The notes under the pieces: generated by a model
Database searches by the model: none
Told to the model about the DNA's origin: nothing
What the model saw: the letters and a program-made list of their open reading frames with translations, nothing else
In this document: positions 39,794 to 49,856 of the stretch, piece by piece
How positions within the stretch are numbered: the first letter of the stretch is position 1
How the letters are laid out: every line of letters starts with the position of its first letter
Made by a program: the position numbers and the translations under genes
Assembly: GCA_963835065.1 (NCBI GenBank)
Contig: CAWIEK010000049.1
Location: 128,001 to 192,000 of the forward strand
Direction of reading: 5' to 3'
DNA: 64,000 nt
DNA from: an uncultured Chthonomonadaceae bacterium
GTDB taxonomy: Bacteria > Armatimonadota > Chthonomonadetes > Chthonomonadales > Chthonomonadaceae

Positions 39794-40381
39794 TTATTTG
39801 CGTCCTTTTGCGGCGTGTTGGCAGCGAAGCCCAAGCAATGTCTCAATTTCACCCTCTGAAATACCGGTTTCGCGCGCGATGTCGCCTGCCGATTGTCCCG
39901 CATCCGACAGCGCAAAGACGTAAGCGCGTTTTTGCTCCCAGGAATTTGGCGGCGCAGGCAACGATTGCGCAATAAAAGGCATGTCCTGCGCGGTAACAAC
40001 AGCCGCCTGCTGCGTGTCCAAAACTGCGATGGCGCTTTGCTCCGTGACGAGGGTGAGTGGAGAAAGCATGGACGGCGGCTCGTTTGCTGTCACCAGGGAA
40101 TGTCGGCGCGCTTCCTCCAGGGTTTCGAGATGTTCTTCCAGCGTGGAAGCCATTTCCCGCGCCTGTCGGCACTGCGCTTCCAATTGCGCGGACGCGCGCT
40201 CGGAAGTCTGCTGCAGATCGGCTAAAAGCTGTTTGACGCTGCGCTGCAAGGCTTTCACTTCGCCCAGAACAGGCGTTTCCGCCGCCTGGGCGGACAGTTC
40301 GCCCTTGGCCTGCTGGAACAAAAACCAGCCCACCGCCAGCATCAATATCTGCATCACCAGAACGACAGCCTGCCACTCCAT
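39794..40381 (-). CDS. DUF6115/DUF2802-like protein (N-terminal TM, coiled coil, C-terminal HTH)
   Basis: DIARETGISEGEIETLLGL; follows fliA. Confidence 0.75.
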   Translation of the reverse strand: MEWQAVVLVMQILMLAVGWFLFQQAKGELSAQAAETPVLGEVKALQRSVKQLLADLQQTSERASAQLEAQCRQAREMASTLEEHLETLEEARRHSLVTANEPPSMLSPLTLVTEQSAIAVLDTQQAAVVTAQDMPFIAQSLPAPPNSWEQKRAYVFALSDAGQSAGDIARETGISEGEIETLLGLRCQHAAKGRK

Positions 40382-40419
40382 TGCTCGCCCTTTCCTTAGT
40401 ACGGAAAAAAGAAGGATAA

Positions 40420-41193
40420 TTACGCCCGGAACAGCTCGATATCGCGCCGCAAATAACCCTGCATACGCAGAACGGCCTGCGTGTGCAGTTGATACACGCG
40501 GGACTCGGAAATGGTGAGGATTTTGCCGATTTCCTTGAACGTCATGCCATCGTAGTAGTACAGGGAAATGACTTGACGTTCGCGCTGCGGCAGGCGGTCT
40601 ACGGCTTTGACTAACATTCTGCGTCGTTCGCGTATCTCGGCTTCCCCGGTCGGCGTAATGCCGTCGTCACGAAGCACATCCGCCAAATGCAAACCTTCGT
40701 TGCCATCACTGCCGACCAGAACATCTTCAAACGACAGCAGCGAGGTGCGGCTTATCTCCACAAGCATCTTTTGGAAGTCTTCGGGCTTGACATTGAGCGC
40801 GGCTGCCATTTCGTCTTCTTTGGCGGGCCGTCCGAGTTTGGTTTCCAGTTCCGTATAGGTGCGCTCGATCAGTTTAACGCGTTCGCGGGTGCTGCGGGGA
40901 ACCCAATCGTCCTCGCGCAGCATCTCCAGAATGGCCCCCCGGATCAGAGCAATCGCGTAAGTCTCGAATTTCACCTGACGGGTGGTGTCGAATTGATCCA
41001 CGGCTTTGATCAGGCCGACCACGCCTGCGCTTACCAGATCGTCGCGCTCCAAACTCGGCGGCATGTTGCTGATAACGCGGCCTGCCGTGATTTTGACGAG
41101 GTAGGCGAAGTGTTCAATTAAGGTGTCGCGCGCCCGCATATCTTTGTTGCACTTGAAGTCCTTCCAATTCCGCTGCAGTTCCCAAGATGACAT
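40420..41193 (-). CDS. fliA: FliA/WhiG family sigma-28 factor
   Basis: DDLVSAGVVGL, KFETYA, IRGAILEMLREDDWVPRS, SESRVYQLH. Confidence 0.95.
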   Translation of the reverse strand: MSSWELQRNWKDFKCNKDMRARDTLIEHFAYLVKITAGRVISNMPPSLERDDLVSAGVVGLIKAVDQFDTTRQVKFETYAIALIRGAILEMLREDDWVPRSTRERVKLIERTYTELETKLGRPAKEDEMAAALNVKPEDFQKMLVEISRTSLLSFEDVLVGSDGNEGLHLADVLRDDGITPTGEAEIRERRRMLVKAVDRLPQRERQVISLYYYDGMTFKEIGKILTISESRVYQLHTQAVLRMQGYLRRDIELFRA

Positions 41194-41443
41194 TGTTTCA
41201 CTCCTTCACGCGCCGGCAAGCCTGTGTGTGCTGTGACCGGTTTTTCCTTCCACTCTATCCAACTTCTCTGTTCAAACTTGAACTATCAGGAACCGGTATA
41301 TACCATCTAAATCTCTTTACCGGTTATTAGGCCTTCGGCCAATCATCCTGCGGACGGAAAACTACCTGTGTATTCAGGCCGCAGTGTACGAAGCGGGGCA
41401 CTTAAAGTTCGTAGCATCTGCATCGCTATCAACTATCAACTTC

Positions 41444-41775
41444 TCATGCTGCCGTTTCCGCTTCGTCTTCGCTTCCGCTGCTTGGAACGCCCAACAAATC
41501 GGCTACGGAAGTTCCGGGCAGGATCATATCTAATTGGCTTGGCCGGGCGGAAGCGGAATGGGAGCCGGGAGCGCTTTCATCCTTATCTTCCTGATGCGGC
41601 ATTGCTGTCAGCGTAAACCGAAGCACCAACCCGAAACCGGAAAAAACAAGAAAAGCCGCCAACGCCTTCATCATGCACGTGCCGGGCGAAGTGCCATTCA
41701 TCAAACTGATGAAGGCAATCAGCATGGCGGCGCAGGATCCCAGTATGGTAGGCAATTGGGGCGTGATTGTTGTCA
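41444..41775 (-). CDS. Hypothetical membrane protein; start approximate
   Basis: Two TM segments and an acidic tail, between flhG and fliA. Confidence 0.65.
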
Positions 41776-41932
41776 CAACGCGCTTCCTCTTAACAAAGCA
41801 TTGATAATTTGCACAAAACAGTAACAGTCGAAAAAGGCCGGTGTCCGCGCAAACGGCGCTAAGCGGCGGAACGCTGAAAGTTCGTAATAGTTGCATGTAT
41901 CTATCAACTACGAACTATCAGCTATCAACTGT

Positions 41933-43123
41933 TTAGACAGCGGCAGACCGCGCTTTGAAGAAACGCTGCATCCGCGTGAGCAGGCCATTGACGCCTGCCG
42001 CGCTTGTAGACACGGGCGGTTCGTCGTAGCCCAGGCGGGCGGCGATCTGTACAATCGCGCGGGCGGCGGGCGTATTGGGCTGGAAAAGCGTAAATGGCTG
42101 CTGCGCGCGCACGGCGCGCGATACGGCGGCGTCATGCGGCAGATAGCCCAGACAATCCAAATCGCGGTTCAGAAAGCGGCGCGCAATACCCTGCAAGCGC
42201 TGCGCCACGGCCTGCGCGTCCGCTTCGGACTGCGCCATGTTAATGACCAGGCGCTGCTGGGCGCGGGGGTTTTCCTGCGACAAAACTTTAATGGTTGCGT
42301 AAGCATCCGTAATGGCGGTAGGTTCCGGGGTGGTGACGACAATCACCTCGTCCACGGCGCACAGGAAACTCATAACATTGTGGGACAGTCCCGCGCCCGT
42401 ATCCAGCAAAACCACGTCCGCCAGCGAGTCCAGTTCGCTGAGGCTCTGGATAAATTGACTGCGCCGCGCTTCATCCAGGTTTGCCAGTTCCGTCAGGCCG
42501 GAGCCGCCGCCGATGATGTGGATGCCGCCCGGGCCGGGATATAAGACTTCTTTGAGTGTTTTCTCGCCCTGCATAACGTGTTCCAGATGGAAGCGGGGCA
42601 TGATGCCAAGCACGACATGCACGTTTGCCAGTCCCAAATCGGCGTCTACCAGAATTACGCGCTGACCCCTGGCCGCGAGAGTGATGGCAAGGTTGGAACT
42701 AAAGTTTGTTTTCCCGACTCCGCCCTTGCCGCTGGTAATCGCGACAACGCGCGCAACGGGACGCGAGGAGAGGGCAGTAGCATGTGTCACCGCCAGATCA
42801 TGGGAGGCGTCACGACGGCGCGGCTGGCTGGGAACGGAAGAAATGACAGGGGGTTGTTCGCGGACGCGAACGTCTACGGCTGCCTTGTCTGTCGTAACAT
42901 GCTGTAATATGGGCAGGTCGTGAGCCATCTCCATTCCCAAATAGGATGTGCCGCGTGAGTGACCATCCGGGTTCAGCACGTCGGCGTTGGCGGGCGCGTT
43001 GCTAATGCCACTCTCTTCCTGGGATGTATCGCTTGAAAAGCCGACGGATGATAACGAACTGTCCACATAATCCTGGCGCGTCCGATTGACAAGCGCGCGC
43101 AGACCTTGAGCCTGATCAGCCAT
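41933..43123 (-). CDS. flhG: FlhG/FleN MinD-family ATPase
   Basis: MADQAQGLR, SGKGGVGKT, DADLGLAN, DTGAG, TPEPTAITDAY, C-terminal amphipathic helix. Confidence 0.9.
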   Translation of the reverse strand: MADQAQGLRALVNRTRQDYVDSSLSSVGFSSDTSQEESGISNAPANADVLNPDGHSRGTSYLGMEMAHDLPILQHVTTDKAAVDVRVREQPPVISSVPSQPRRRDASHDLAVTHATALSSRPVARVVAITSGKGGVGKTNFSSNLAITLAARGQRVILVDADLGLANVHVVLGIMPRFHLEHVMQGEKTLKEVLYPGPGGIHIIGGGSGLTELANLDEARRSQFIQSLSELDSLADVVLLDTGAGLSHNVMSFLCAVDEVIVVTTPEPTAITDAYATIKVLSQENPRAQQRLVINMAQSEADAQAVAQRLQGIARRFLNRDLDCLGYLPHDAAVSRAVRAQQPFTLFQPNTPAARAIVQIAARLGYDEPPVSTSAAGVNGLLTRMQRFFKARSAAV

Positions 43124-43321
43124 AGCAACGCATCTCCCAGCCACACAGGGCACGCGACGGGCGCATAGGCGCAGTCGGCTGCCGTGATGACTTTGCGAGG
43201 TGTGGAAGGCAGCGCGAATCTGAACAGGAAACTGTCATAAGCTGCCACCGGACTATCTGAGGAATGTAGTCGCTATGATTGTTGGTTGTACAGCACCGTA
43301 TTTATAGGGTGAATCAGCCAA

Positions 43322-43368
43322 TTTTCGGCAGATGTTCCACATTGTTTTCGGCAGATGTTCCTCCATTG
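43322..43368. repeat. 23-24 bp tandem direct repeat in a divergent promoter region
   Basis: ttttcggcagatgttcc(a/tc)cattg twice. Confidence 0.85.
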
Positions 43369-43507
43369 GTTTTGGCACGTACTTTTAACAGGGCGTGGGT
43401 TAGTGTACCATCCTTTCCGTTAAGAAAAGGGTCGAATCACAGCGAAAATACCTGGCTGACAAAAAATGACACCCAAATTAGAAAACTCGCCATTTTCACG
43501 GTTTCCC

Positions 43508-43536
43508 TTGACAGTTGCCGTTTTGCCGCCTATAAT
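43508..43536 (+). promoter_or_regulatory. Perfect sigma-70 promoter TTGACA-N17-TATAAT; leaderless transcript
   Basis: ttgaca gttgccgttttgccgcc tataat gtcact ATG. Confidence 0.9.
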
Positions 43537-43542
43537 GTCACT

Positions 43543-46173
43543 ATGACTAAGCCTGCCTCACGTCCCAAATCGGTTGCCCGCCCTGTTTCGCAGCAGCGTT
43601 CCCGGTCCGCTTCCCGCCGCAGCAGTTTGAAAAAGCGCGTGAAAACCGCGTTTGCGGTACTGGTGTTGCTCATTGAAGCGTCCGTAGCGCTGACGCTCGT
43701 GGTTGCCGTCGTTTATTTTTGGAAGTTTTCCAATAACCTGCCTACCATCGAAGATTTGCGGCAGGATGTGCGCCCGCCCGTCGCCACAACCATTTGGTCA
43801 CAGGACGGCGTTTTGCTGGGCAAACTGCAAGTAGAGAACCGCCAGCCCGTCACGCTGCAGGAAATGCCCAAAGATTTTCTGAACGCGACGGTCGCCATTG
43901 AAGACCATCGTTTTTATGAACATTCCGGCGTGGACTGGCAAAGCATAGCCCGCGCAATGGTGGCAAACTTCAGCGGCAGTAATTCGACGCGGCAGGGAGC
44001 GAGTACGCTGACGCAGCAGTTGGTGCGTAATGTCGGCACGTTCGGCCTGACCAAAGAAAAAAAGTATTCCCGCAAAATCCGCGAAGCGCTGACGGCAATG
44101 CGGCTGGAGCAGTTGTACTCCAAAGATGAAATCATTGCCCTCTATGTAAACAACATTTACTATGGCGCGGGGGCGTATGGCGTACAGGCCGCGTCGCGCA
44201 CGTATTTTGGAAAATCGGCGTACAAACTCGATCTTGCCGAGGCCGCGCTTCTGGCGGGACTGCCACAACGCCCGTCCTCCTTTACGCCGTTTGAGCATCG
44301 TAAAGCCGCGCTGAAGCGGCGCGATGAAGTGCTGGACAACATGTTCCGGTACAAGTATATTACGCAGGCGCAACTGGACGCGGCGAAAGCGGAAACGCCC
44401 AAACTGATGCCGACGCAGAAGCGCAAGGATTACAATTTCAAGGCTCCGTATTTTGTGTGGTATGTGCTGGCGGATTTGAACAAGCGGTTCGGCGCGGATT
44501 ATGTGCAAAGCGGCCTGCGGATTGAAACCACGCTCAACTATAAAATGCAAAAGTGGGCGGAAGCCGATCTGGAAAACGGCGTCAGCGCGCATGGCAGCGA
44601 CGGCCCGAATCAGGGCGCGATGGTCACGCTGGACAATAATACGGGCTATATTCGCGCGATGGTGGGCGGGCGAAATTTCCGGGTCAGCCAGTACAACAAC
44701 GTGACGATGGGGCGGCGGCAGCCGGGTTCCACGTTCAAGGCGTTCGATTATAGCGCGGCGTTCGATACGGGAGCCTGCAGTTTGTACGACAGTTTCCTTG
44801 ACAAGCCGATCCCGTATCCCAACGATCCTAGAAAAATTGTGCATAACTTCAGCGGCGACGGCGGTTACAGTTATAGCCAGATCACCTGTAAGACGGCGAT
44901 ACAGTTTTCCAAAAACACCATTGCCGTGCAGGTTGCAGATAAAGTCGGCATCAAAAAAGTGATTGATTACGCGCACAAGATGGGCATTACCACGCCCTTG
45001 CAGCCTGTTTTGCCGACCTCGTTAGGCGCATCGGAAGTGCATCCGCTGGATTTGGCATCCGCTTACAGCGTGTTTCCACTGAAGGGTAGCCGCTATCAAC
45101 CCCTCGCCTTAGTGCGCGTGTATGACCGGGACGGCAATATCGTAGATGAGCATATTCCCGAAATCCATACGGACATTCTGAAGCCGCATACGGTGGAGCA
45201 GATGGATGAGGCGTTTGAAGCGGTGGTGACGGCGGGGTCGGGAACGCGGGCGCGCGAAGACACGCAGGGCAACATCGTTGAAAACGCGCACGGCAAAACA
45301 GGCACGACTTCCGACAGCAAGGATGCATGGTTTGCCGGGTACACGCCGGAACTGACAACGGTTGTGTGGGTGGCGCAGGTTCATCATTACGATTCCAGGC
45401 ATCCGACGCGCCCGACGTATATGCCGATGCAAGGCGTGACGGGCGGGCAGGTCTGCGCTCCGATTTGGCACGACTTTATGATGAAAGCCGTGCCGGAACA
45501 GCGTAAATTCCATTTACCAGGCGTTCCGATTCTGGCGACGGCTCCCGCGCAGCCTGCGGAAGCCAAGCCTGACGAAGAGCAGCCTGTCCGCCCGCGCCGT
45601 CGTCACCAGGAGGAAACCAAGCCGCCGACAGACGCGGCGACTGCCACAAAGCCGCCCGACCAAGCGCCAAAGCCTGAAGGGGATCAACAGCCCGTAGACG
45701 GTGGCGATCCAACGCCCCCGGAGGCGGGGGAGGGGAGAACGCCGCCTACGCAGAACCCGGACACGGTTCCCACGCCGCCGCCAACGGCCACGCCGATAAA
45801 AGCAACCGCGCCGCCATCCACACCCAGAACAACGGCTCATCCGGTTGTGAAAAGCCCGGCTGCCGCGCCGAGTGGCATCGTTGCGCCGCCCTCGGCCCAT
45901 TTGACGCCCGCACGCCCGGTTCTGCCCGCGCGTGAGGAAACGGCGCGAACCGAACCTGCGCACGTCGCTCCGACAACGCGCCTATCGGCTCCGCCGCGCT
46001 TTGAACCGCCCCGGCCTGCCGCGCCCGAAATGGTAGATGTGCGGGTATGTGTTGACTCGAATCAAAAGGCAACGTTGTGGTGTACCGCGACCACGACAAT
46101 TCACGTGACCACAAAACAGGCGGCGCGGATGGGGCGATGTCGCCTGCACAAGCCACCGGCAGGAGAGGGATAG
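43543..46173 (+). CDS. Class A penicillin-binding protein 1A with Pro-rich tail
   Basis: AIEDHRFYEH, GASTLTQQ, RKIRE; STFK, SKN, GKTGT. Confidence 0.95.
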   Translation: MTKPASRPKSVARPVSQQRSRSASRRSSLKKRVKTAFAVLVLLIEASVALTLVVAVVYFWKFSNNLPTIEDLRQDVRPPVATTIWSQDGVLLGKLQVENRQPVTLQEMPKDFLNATVAIEDHRFYEHSGVDWQSIARAMVANFSGSNSTRQGASTLTQQLVRNVGTFGLTKEKKYSRKIREALTAMRLEQLYSKDEIIALYVNNIYYGAGAYGVQAASRTYFGKSAYKLDLAEAALLAGLPQRPSSFTPFEHRKAALKRRDEVLDNMFRYKYITQAQLDAAKAETPKLMPTQKRKDYNFKAPYFVWYVLADLNKRFGADYVQSGLRIETTLNYKMQKWAEADLENGVSAHGSDGPNQGAMVTLDNNTGYIRAMVGGRNFRVSQYNNVTMGRRQPGSTFKAFDYSAAFDTGACSLYDSFLDKPIPYPNDPRKIVHNFSGDGGYSYSQITCKTAIQFSKNTIAVQVADKVGIKKVIDYAHKMGITTPLQPVLPTSLGASEVHPLDLASAYSVFPLKGSRYQPLALVRVYDRDGNIVDEHIPEIHTDILKPHTVEQMDEAFEAVVTAGSGTRAREDTQGNIVENAHGKTGTTSDSKDAWFAGYTPELTTVVWVAQVHHYDSRHPTRPTYMPMQGVTGGQVCAPIWHDFMMKAVPEQRKFHLPGVPILATAPAQPAEAKPDEEQPVRPRRRHQEETKPPTDAATATKPPDQAPKPEGDQQPVDGGDPTPPEAGEGRTPPTQNPDTVPTPPPTATPIKATAPPSTPRTTAHPVVKSPAAAPSGIVAPPSAHLTPARPVLPAREETARTEPAHVAPTTRLSAPPRFEPPRPAAPEMVDVRVCVDSNQKATLWCTATTTIHVTTKQAARMGRCRLHKPPAGEG

Positions 46174-46216
46174 ATTATCGCATCTTCTGTTTGTATGCTT
46201 AGAATAAGGATGTTTT

Positions 46217-48445
46217 ATGCGTTCATTACATCGCGGTTCGCGCGATAATTCGGATACCGGTCAGAAACAGAAGGAGCCACGCGCCGGGTTTCGCCTGCAC
46301 AATGGCGTTTTGGCGCTGCATTTGGATAACAAGCCGCAGGTTCCGCTTATTGTGGATGTGTTGGCGGCAACTTCACCGGCGCAGATTGCCGCCTGTGCAG
46401 CGGGTGGATCGCGTTTGTTTCGGCTGCGGAATGTGGATTTGGGCTGGAACAGTCCGAACCGCTCTGAATTTGAGGAATTGGATTCTCGCGTTACTCGCCT
46501 GCTGGACAGCGCCCCGAATTTGAGTTTGCTGTTGGAAATCAATGTGGAAGCCCCGGAATGGTGGCGGCACGCTCACAAAGCCGAGTGCGCCGTTTATTGT
46601 CTTGCCAGAACCCGGCCTGTAGAAGCCGCAACGCCAACGGAAACCGTAGAGGCAACGCCAACGGAAACCGTAAAGGCGACGGAAACGGCAGAGGCGGATG
46701 TTCGGGAACAAGGCAGCGGGAATACGGCAACAACATCCGCAGCAACATCCACAGACAAGATTAACAGCGATGTGCCGGAGTGCGCTTCGCGGGCGTCGCG
46801 CCGCTGGCTGCTGGAAGCAGGGGATGCGTTAGGACGCTTAGTGCAGCATGTGGCGGAAGCAGCCTGGAGCGAACGGTGTATCGGGTTTCAGATAGCGGGC
46901 GGGGAGAACGGCGGCTGGCGGCATCCCGAATGGGCGCGTATGCCGGATGTGGGTCCGCGCATGAGCGAACAATTTCGCGCGTTCTGCCTGTCCAAATACC
47001 GACGCAATGGCGGGCTGCTGAAAAAAGAATGGGACGATCCCCGCGCCGATTTTGACCATATCAAGTGCCCGGACGCTTATGAGCGGCGGTACGCGGACAT
47101 GGGGATGCTGCGGGACCCGATGCGGTCACGCCGGATGCTGGATTATTTTGAGTGCTTTTACACGGCGCAAAACGAGGCCGCGCTGCACTTTTGCGCGATT
47201 GCGAAACGGGCTGGTGGCGGGCGTCTGGTCGGGCTGGCATACGCGGACATTTTGGGAGCGATGAGCAATGCCGAGGGCGGCTGGGGGCTTCCTGAAGCCG
47301 TCTTTGACGCGGAAAACGTGGACTACGTTGTTTCCGGCGCAGGCGAACCGGGTAAAACGGGTGTCGGCGCGTTTACGGGCAGTTTGAAGTTGCGGGGCAA
47401 GTTCGTGTTTTTGACGGCGCGCGATGGCGTGTCTGCGCTCGGAGATGCGGGCAAGGCGCTGGCGGTTTCGGCAGGGGCGCTGCTGCCGGCTTCGCTGTCC
47501 CGTGAACAAACCGCGCTGATTGTGAGCACGGGAGAGCGGGCGGTAAACGCGCCGGCGGCTGCGGGTAAACGCGCGGTACAGGTAGCATTGATTGTGGATG
47601 CGTTCGGGCAGACGTACATTGCGGGCAAGGATGAGGCGCGGGCGGAGTGGCAGCGCAGCGTGTGCGTTGAGCAGTTTCAGGAACTTACGCAAACCGGGGC
47701 GCAGATGGAGGCGTATCTGCTGTCCGATCTCTTCCATCCGAAATTTCCTGACCACAAAGTGACGGTTTTTCTGAACACGCTGTATCTGACTGAAGCGGAG
47801 CGGCGCAAAATTGACGCGCGCGTGAAGCGGGGGCAGCAAGTGGCGGTGTGGCTGTGGGGCGCGGGCGTGTTGTCGGAAACGGGCGTGGATGCTGAAGCGG
47901 GCGGCAGGCTGATCGGCATGAAACTGCGCTCGGAAAAGAACGCCACCAGTTTGCGAACTCGGATTGTGGAAGGCAATGATCCGCTGACGTGGGGGCTGCA
48001 TATCGGCGCAAAGGTTGGGCCGGAACGGGCTGTCGTGCCAACCTTGACCATTGGCGACAAGACAGCCACGCGGTTAGGCGCGAATTCCGCCAACAAAACG
48101 ACGTTCGCAACGAAGCGAAGCGATACCTGGACGAGCGTTCACTATGGGACGCTTCCGGTTCCCGCCAATCTGCTGCGCAACGCCATGCGGGTTGGCGGGG
48201 TGCATTTGTATGCCGAATCGGACGGGGCGGGAACGACGGTAACGGCAAATGCGCGTCTGGTGGTCGTTTCCAGTCAGCAGGGCGGAACGGTAAAAGTGTT
48301 CCTGCCGGGTGTTCACGAAGTTACGGACGCAGCCAGCAAAACACCGCTGACAGTCGGCTCCGATGTGTCCTTAACCCTTCCTCCGAATGGAACTCGCATT
48401 TTGGAGTTGAAGCCAATCGTGAGTAAAACCAATCCACCGGGCTAA
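46217..48445 (+). CDS. Hypothetical glycoside-hydrolase-like protein (GH42-like architecture)
   Basis: FRAFCLSKY...WDD, LDYFECF and GVHLY segments; function not confirmed. Confidence 0.55.
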   Translation: MRSLHRGSRDNSDTGQKQKEPRAGFRLHNGVLALHLDNKPQVPLIVDVLAATSPAQIAACAAGGSRLFRLRNVDLGWNSPNRSEFEELDSRVTRLLDSAPNLSLLLEINVEAPEWWRHAHKAECAVYCLARTRPVEAATPTETVEATPTETVKATETAEADVREQGSGNTATTSAATSTDKINSDVPECASRASRRWLLEAGDALGRLVQHVAEAAWSERCIGFQIAGGENGGWRHPEWARMPDVGPRMSEQFRAFCLSKYRRNGGLLKKEWDDPRADFDHIKCPDAYERRYADMGMLRDPMRSRRMLDYFECFYTAQNEAALHFCAIAKRAGGGRLVGLAYADILGAMSNAEGGWGLPEAVFDAENVDYVVSGAGEPGKTGVGAFTGSLKLRGKFVFLTARDGVSALGDAGKALAVSAGALLPASLSREQTALIVSTGERAVNAPAAAGKRAVQVALIVDAFGQTYIAGKDEARAEWQRSVCVEQFQELTQTGAQMEAYLLSDLFHPKFPDHKVTVFLNTLYLTEAERRKIDARVKRGQQVAVWLWGAGVLSETGVDAEAGGRLIGMKLRSEKNATSLRTRIVEGNDPLTWGLHIGAKVGPERAVVPTLTIGDKTATRLGANSANKTTFATKRSDTWTSVHYGTLPVPANLLRNAMRVGGVHLYAESDGAGTTVTANARLVVVSSQQGGTVKVFLPGVHEVTDAASKTPLTVGSDVSLTLPPNGTRILELKPIVSKTNPPG

Positions 48446-48544
48446 ATACTTGGAGCCTATTCTACTTGCCGGGTGTTGAAAACACCCGGCAGGACAAAAC
48501 AAGCGTCTTTCAGACGCAAATGCCGCGCCTGCGAGGAGAGGCTC

Positions 48545-49786
48545 TTATCCCATTCTACGTTTTCCGCCGACAAGGTTCATAAATTCGGCGCGGGTGGCGC
48601 GATCTGTGCGAAAAGCGCCCAAAACGTGGCTTGTCACCATGTCGCTGCTTTTCTTTTCAACGCCCCGCGCCATCATGCACAGGTGCTTGGCTTCCAGCAC
48701 GACGGCAACCCCTCTCGGCTCCAGAACCTCCTGAACCGCATCCGCAATCTGCGTCGTGAGGCGTTCCTGTACCTGCAGCCGACGCGCAAACATATCCGTG
48801 ATACGCGCCAGTTTGGAAAGCCCGATAATTTTGCCGTTGGGAATATAGGCGATGTTGGCGTAACCGTAAAATGGCAGAAGATGATGTTCACAATTGTGTG
48901 TCAAATGTCCGCCGATGAGGAAGGTAGGATGTGGTTCACAGGTAAAACTGTAAACCGTATAAGGCTTTTTGCCGTCAGCCTCTAAAGATTCTACGTTCTG
49001 CACCTTGACCCACTGCAATTCGTGCAGGTCGGTTCTGTGATCTTCTTTGCGGAAACCGTGTTTGCGCTCCCAACTGTCCGCAATATACAATTTCGAGGCA
49101 ACGCCACCTGTCGGCGTGAAATGCGCCCCAACAAGTTGAGCAATTTCGTGATTGTTCACAACGAGCGGCAAGCAACGGTTGCCAACGGTTCCGTCTGCCG
49201 CCATAGCGCCGACGGCATAACCGAAGGAGTAGTTTGGTCGTGGGCGGTAACGACTTCGACACAGACTGCGTGGTGGAGTCCACTCGACTGAACGGCCTTC
49301 TAAATCTTTGGCCTCAACCCATCCGTCCGGCGTTGCAAAGGGATGGTCAGGCGTGACCTGCACAGTTCCTTTGTCCGTAATAACTGCCACAAGTTCTCGC
49401 GTTTTGTGGCTCGTGACGTTGGTGACAGTAGTTGGAACAACGCGCCCCTCGTGAAGTGTCCAGAGTTGTTCCCCGACACCGATGGATTGCGCCTGCTTTG
49501 TTCCTGCTACAGTATTCACTAGTTGCTTGCTGGGAACGCACAGGCTGAAGAACTCAATGTCGCGCACAATCACCATGTCGTCGCTGTCTTCATGGAAAAT
49601 GGCGTCGTTGACGATCTGTTTCAAGTCCTGCCCGTAACCGCGCGTCATGAACTTCATCGCTTCCGCCGCGCGGTGGGGCGTCCTCAATAACCCTTCGCGC
49701 TCCGGGTCCTCTCCGATTTCACTCAGCACACTCCGGTATACATCTTCAAAGTTTGGCACGAAATCTTTATCAAAGTTGTCGCTCAT
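48545..49786 (-). CDS. folE: GTP cyclohydrolase I, intein-containing
   Basis: [20 protein letters not shown][intein][33 protein letters not shown]. Confidence 0.96.
   Translation of the reverse strand: MSDNFDKDFVPNFEDVYRSVLSEIGEDPEREGLLRTPHRAAEAMKFMTRGYGQDLKQIVNDAIFHEDSDDMVIVRDIEFFSLCVPSKQLVNTVAGTKQAQSIGVGEQLWTLHEGRVVPTTVTNVTSHKTRELVAVITDKGTVQVTPDHPFATPDGWVEAKDLEGRSVEWTPPRSLCRSRYRPRPNYSFGYAVGAMAADGTVGNRCLPLVVNNHEIAQLVGAHFTPTGGVASKLYIADSWERKHGFRKEDHRTDLHELQWVKVQNVESLEADGKKPYTVYSFTCEPHPTFLIGGHLTHNCEHHLLPFYGYANIAYIPNGKIIGLSKLARITDMFARRLQVQERLTTQIADAVQEVLEPRGVAVVLEAKHLCMMARGVEKKSSDMVTSHVLGAFRTDRATRAEFMNLVGGKRRMG
48893..49540 (-). mobile_element. Intein of 216 aa with a remnant LAGLIDADG motif
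   Basis: N-terminal C-VPSKQLV, block B TPDHPF, block [14 protein letters not shown]-terminal THN followed by +1 Cys. Confidence 0.95.
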
Positions 49787-49856
49787 CGAACGTCGTTGTC
49801 CTTCCGGGGCGTGCCGCTGTTAGGTGAGACGCCACAGTATTTATTCTTCAGGTCAC

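Noticed and set aside
43130..43260. c-di-GMP riboswitch upstream of flhG (cgcaaag...ggcagcc on the minus strand)
   Set aside because: Lacks GGCAAA P1, the GNRA loop and its receptor; the match is too weak
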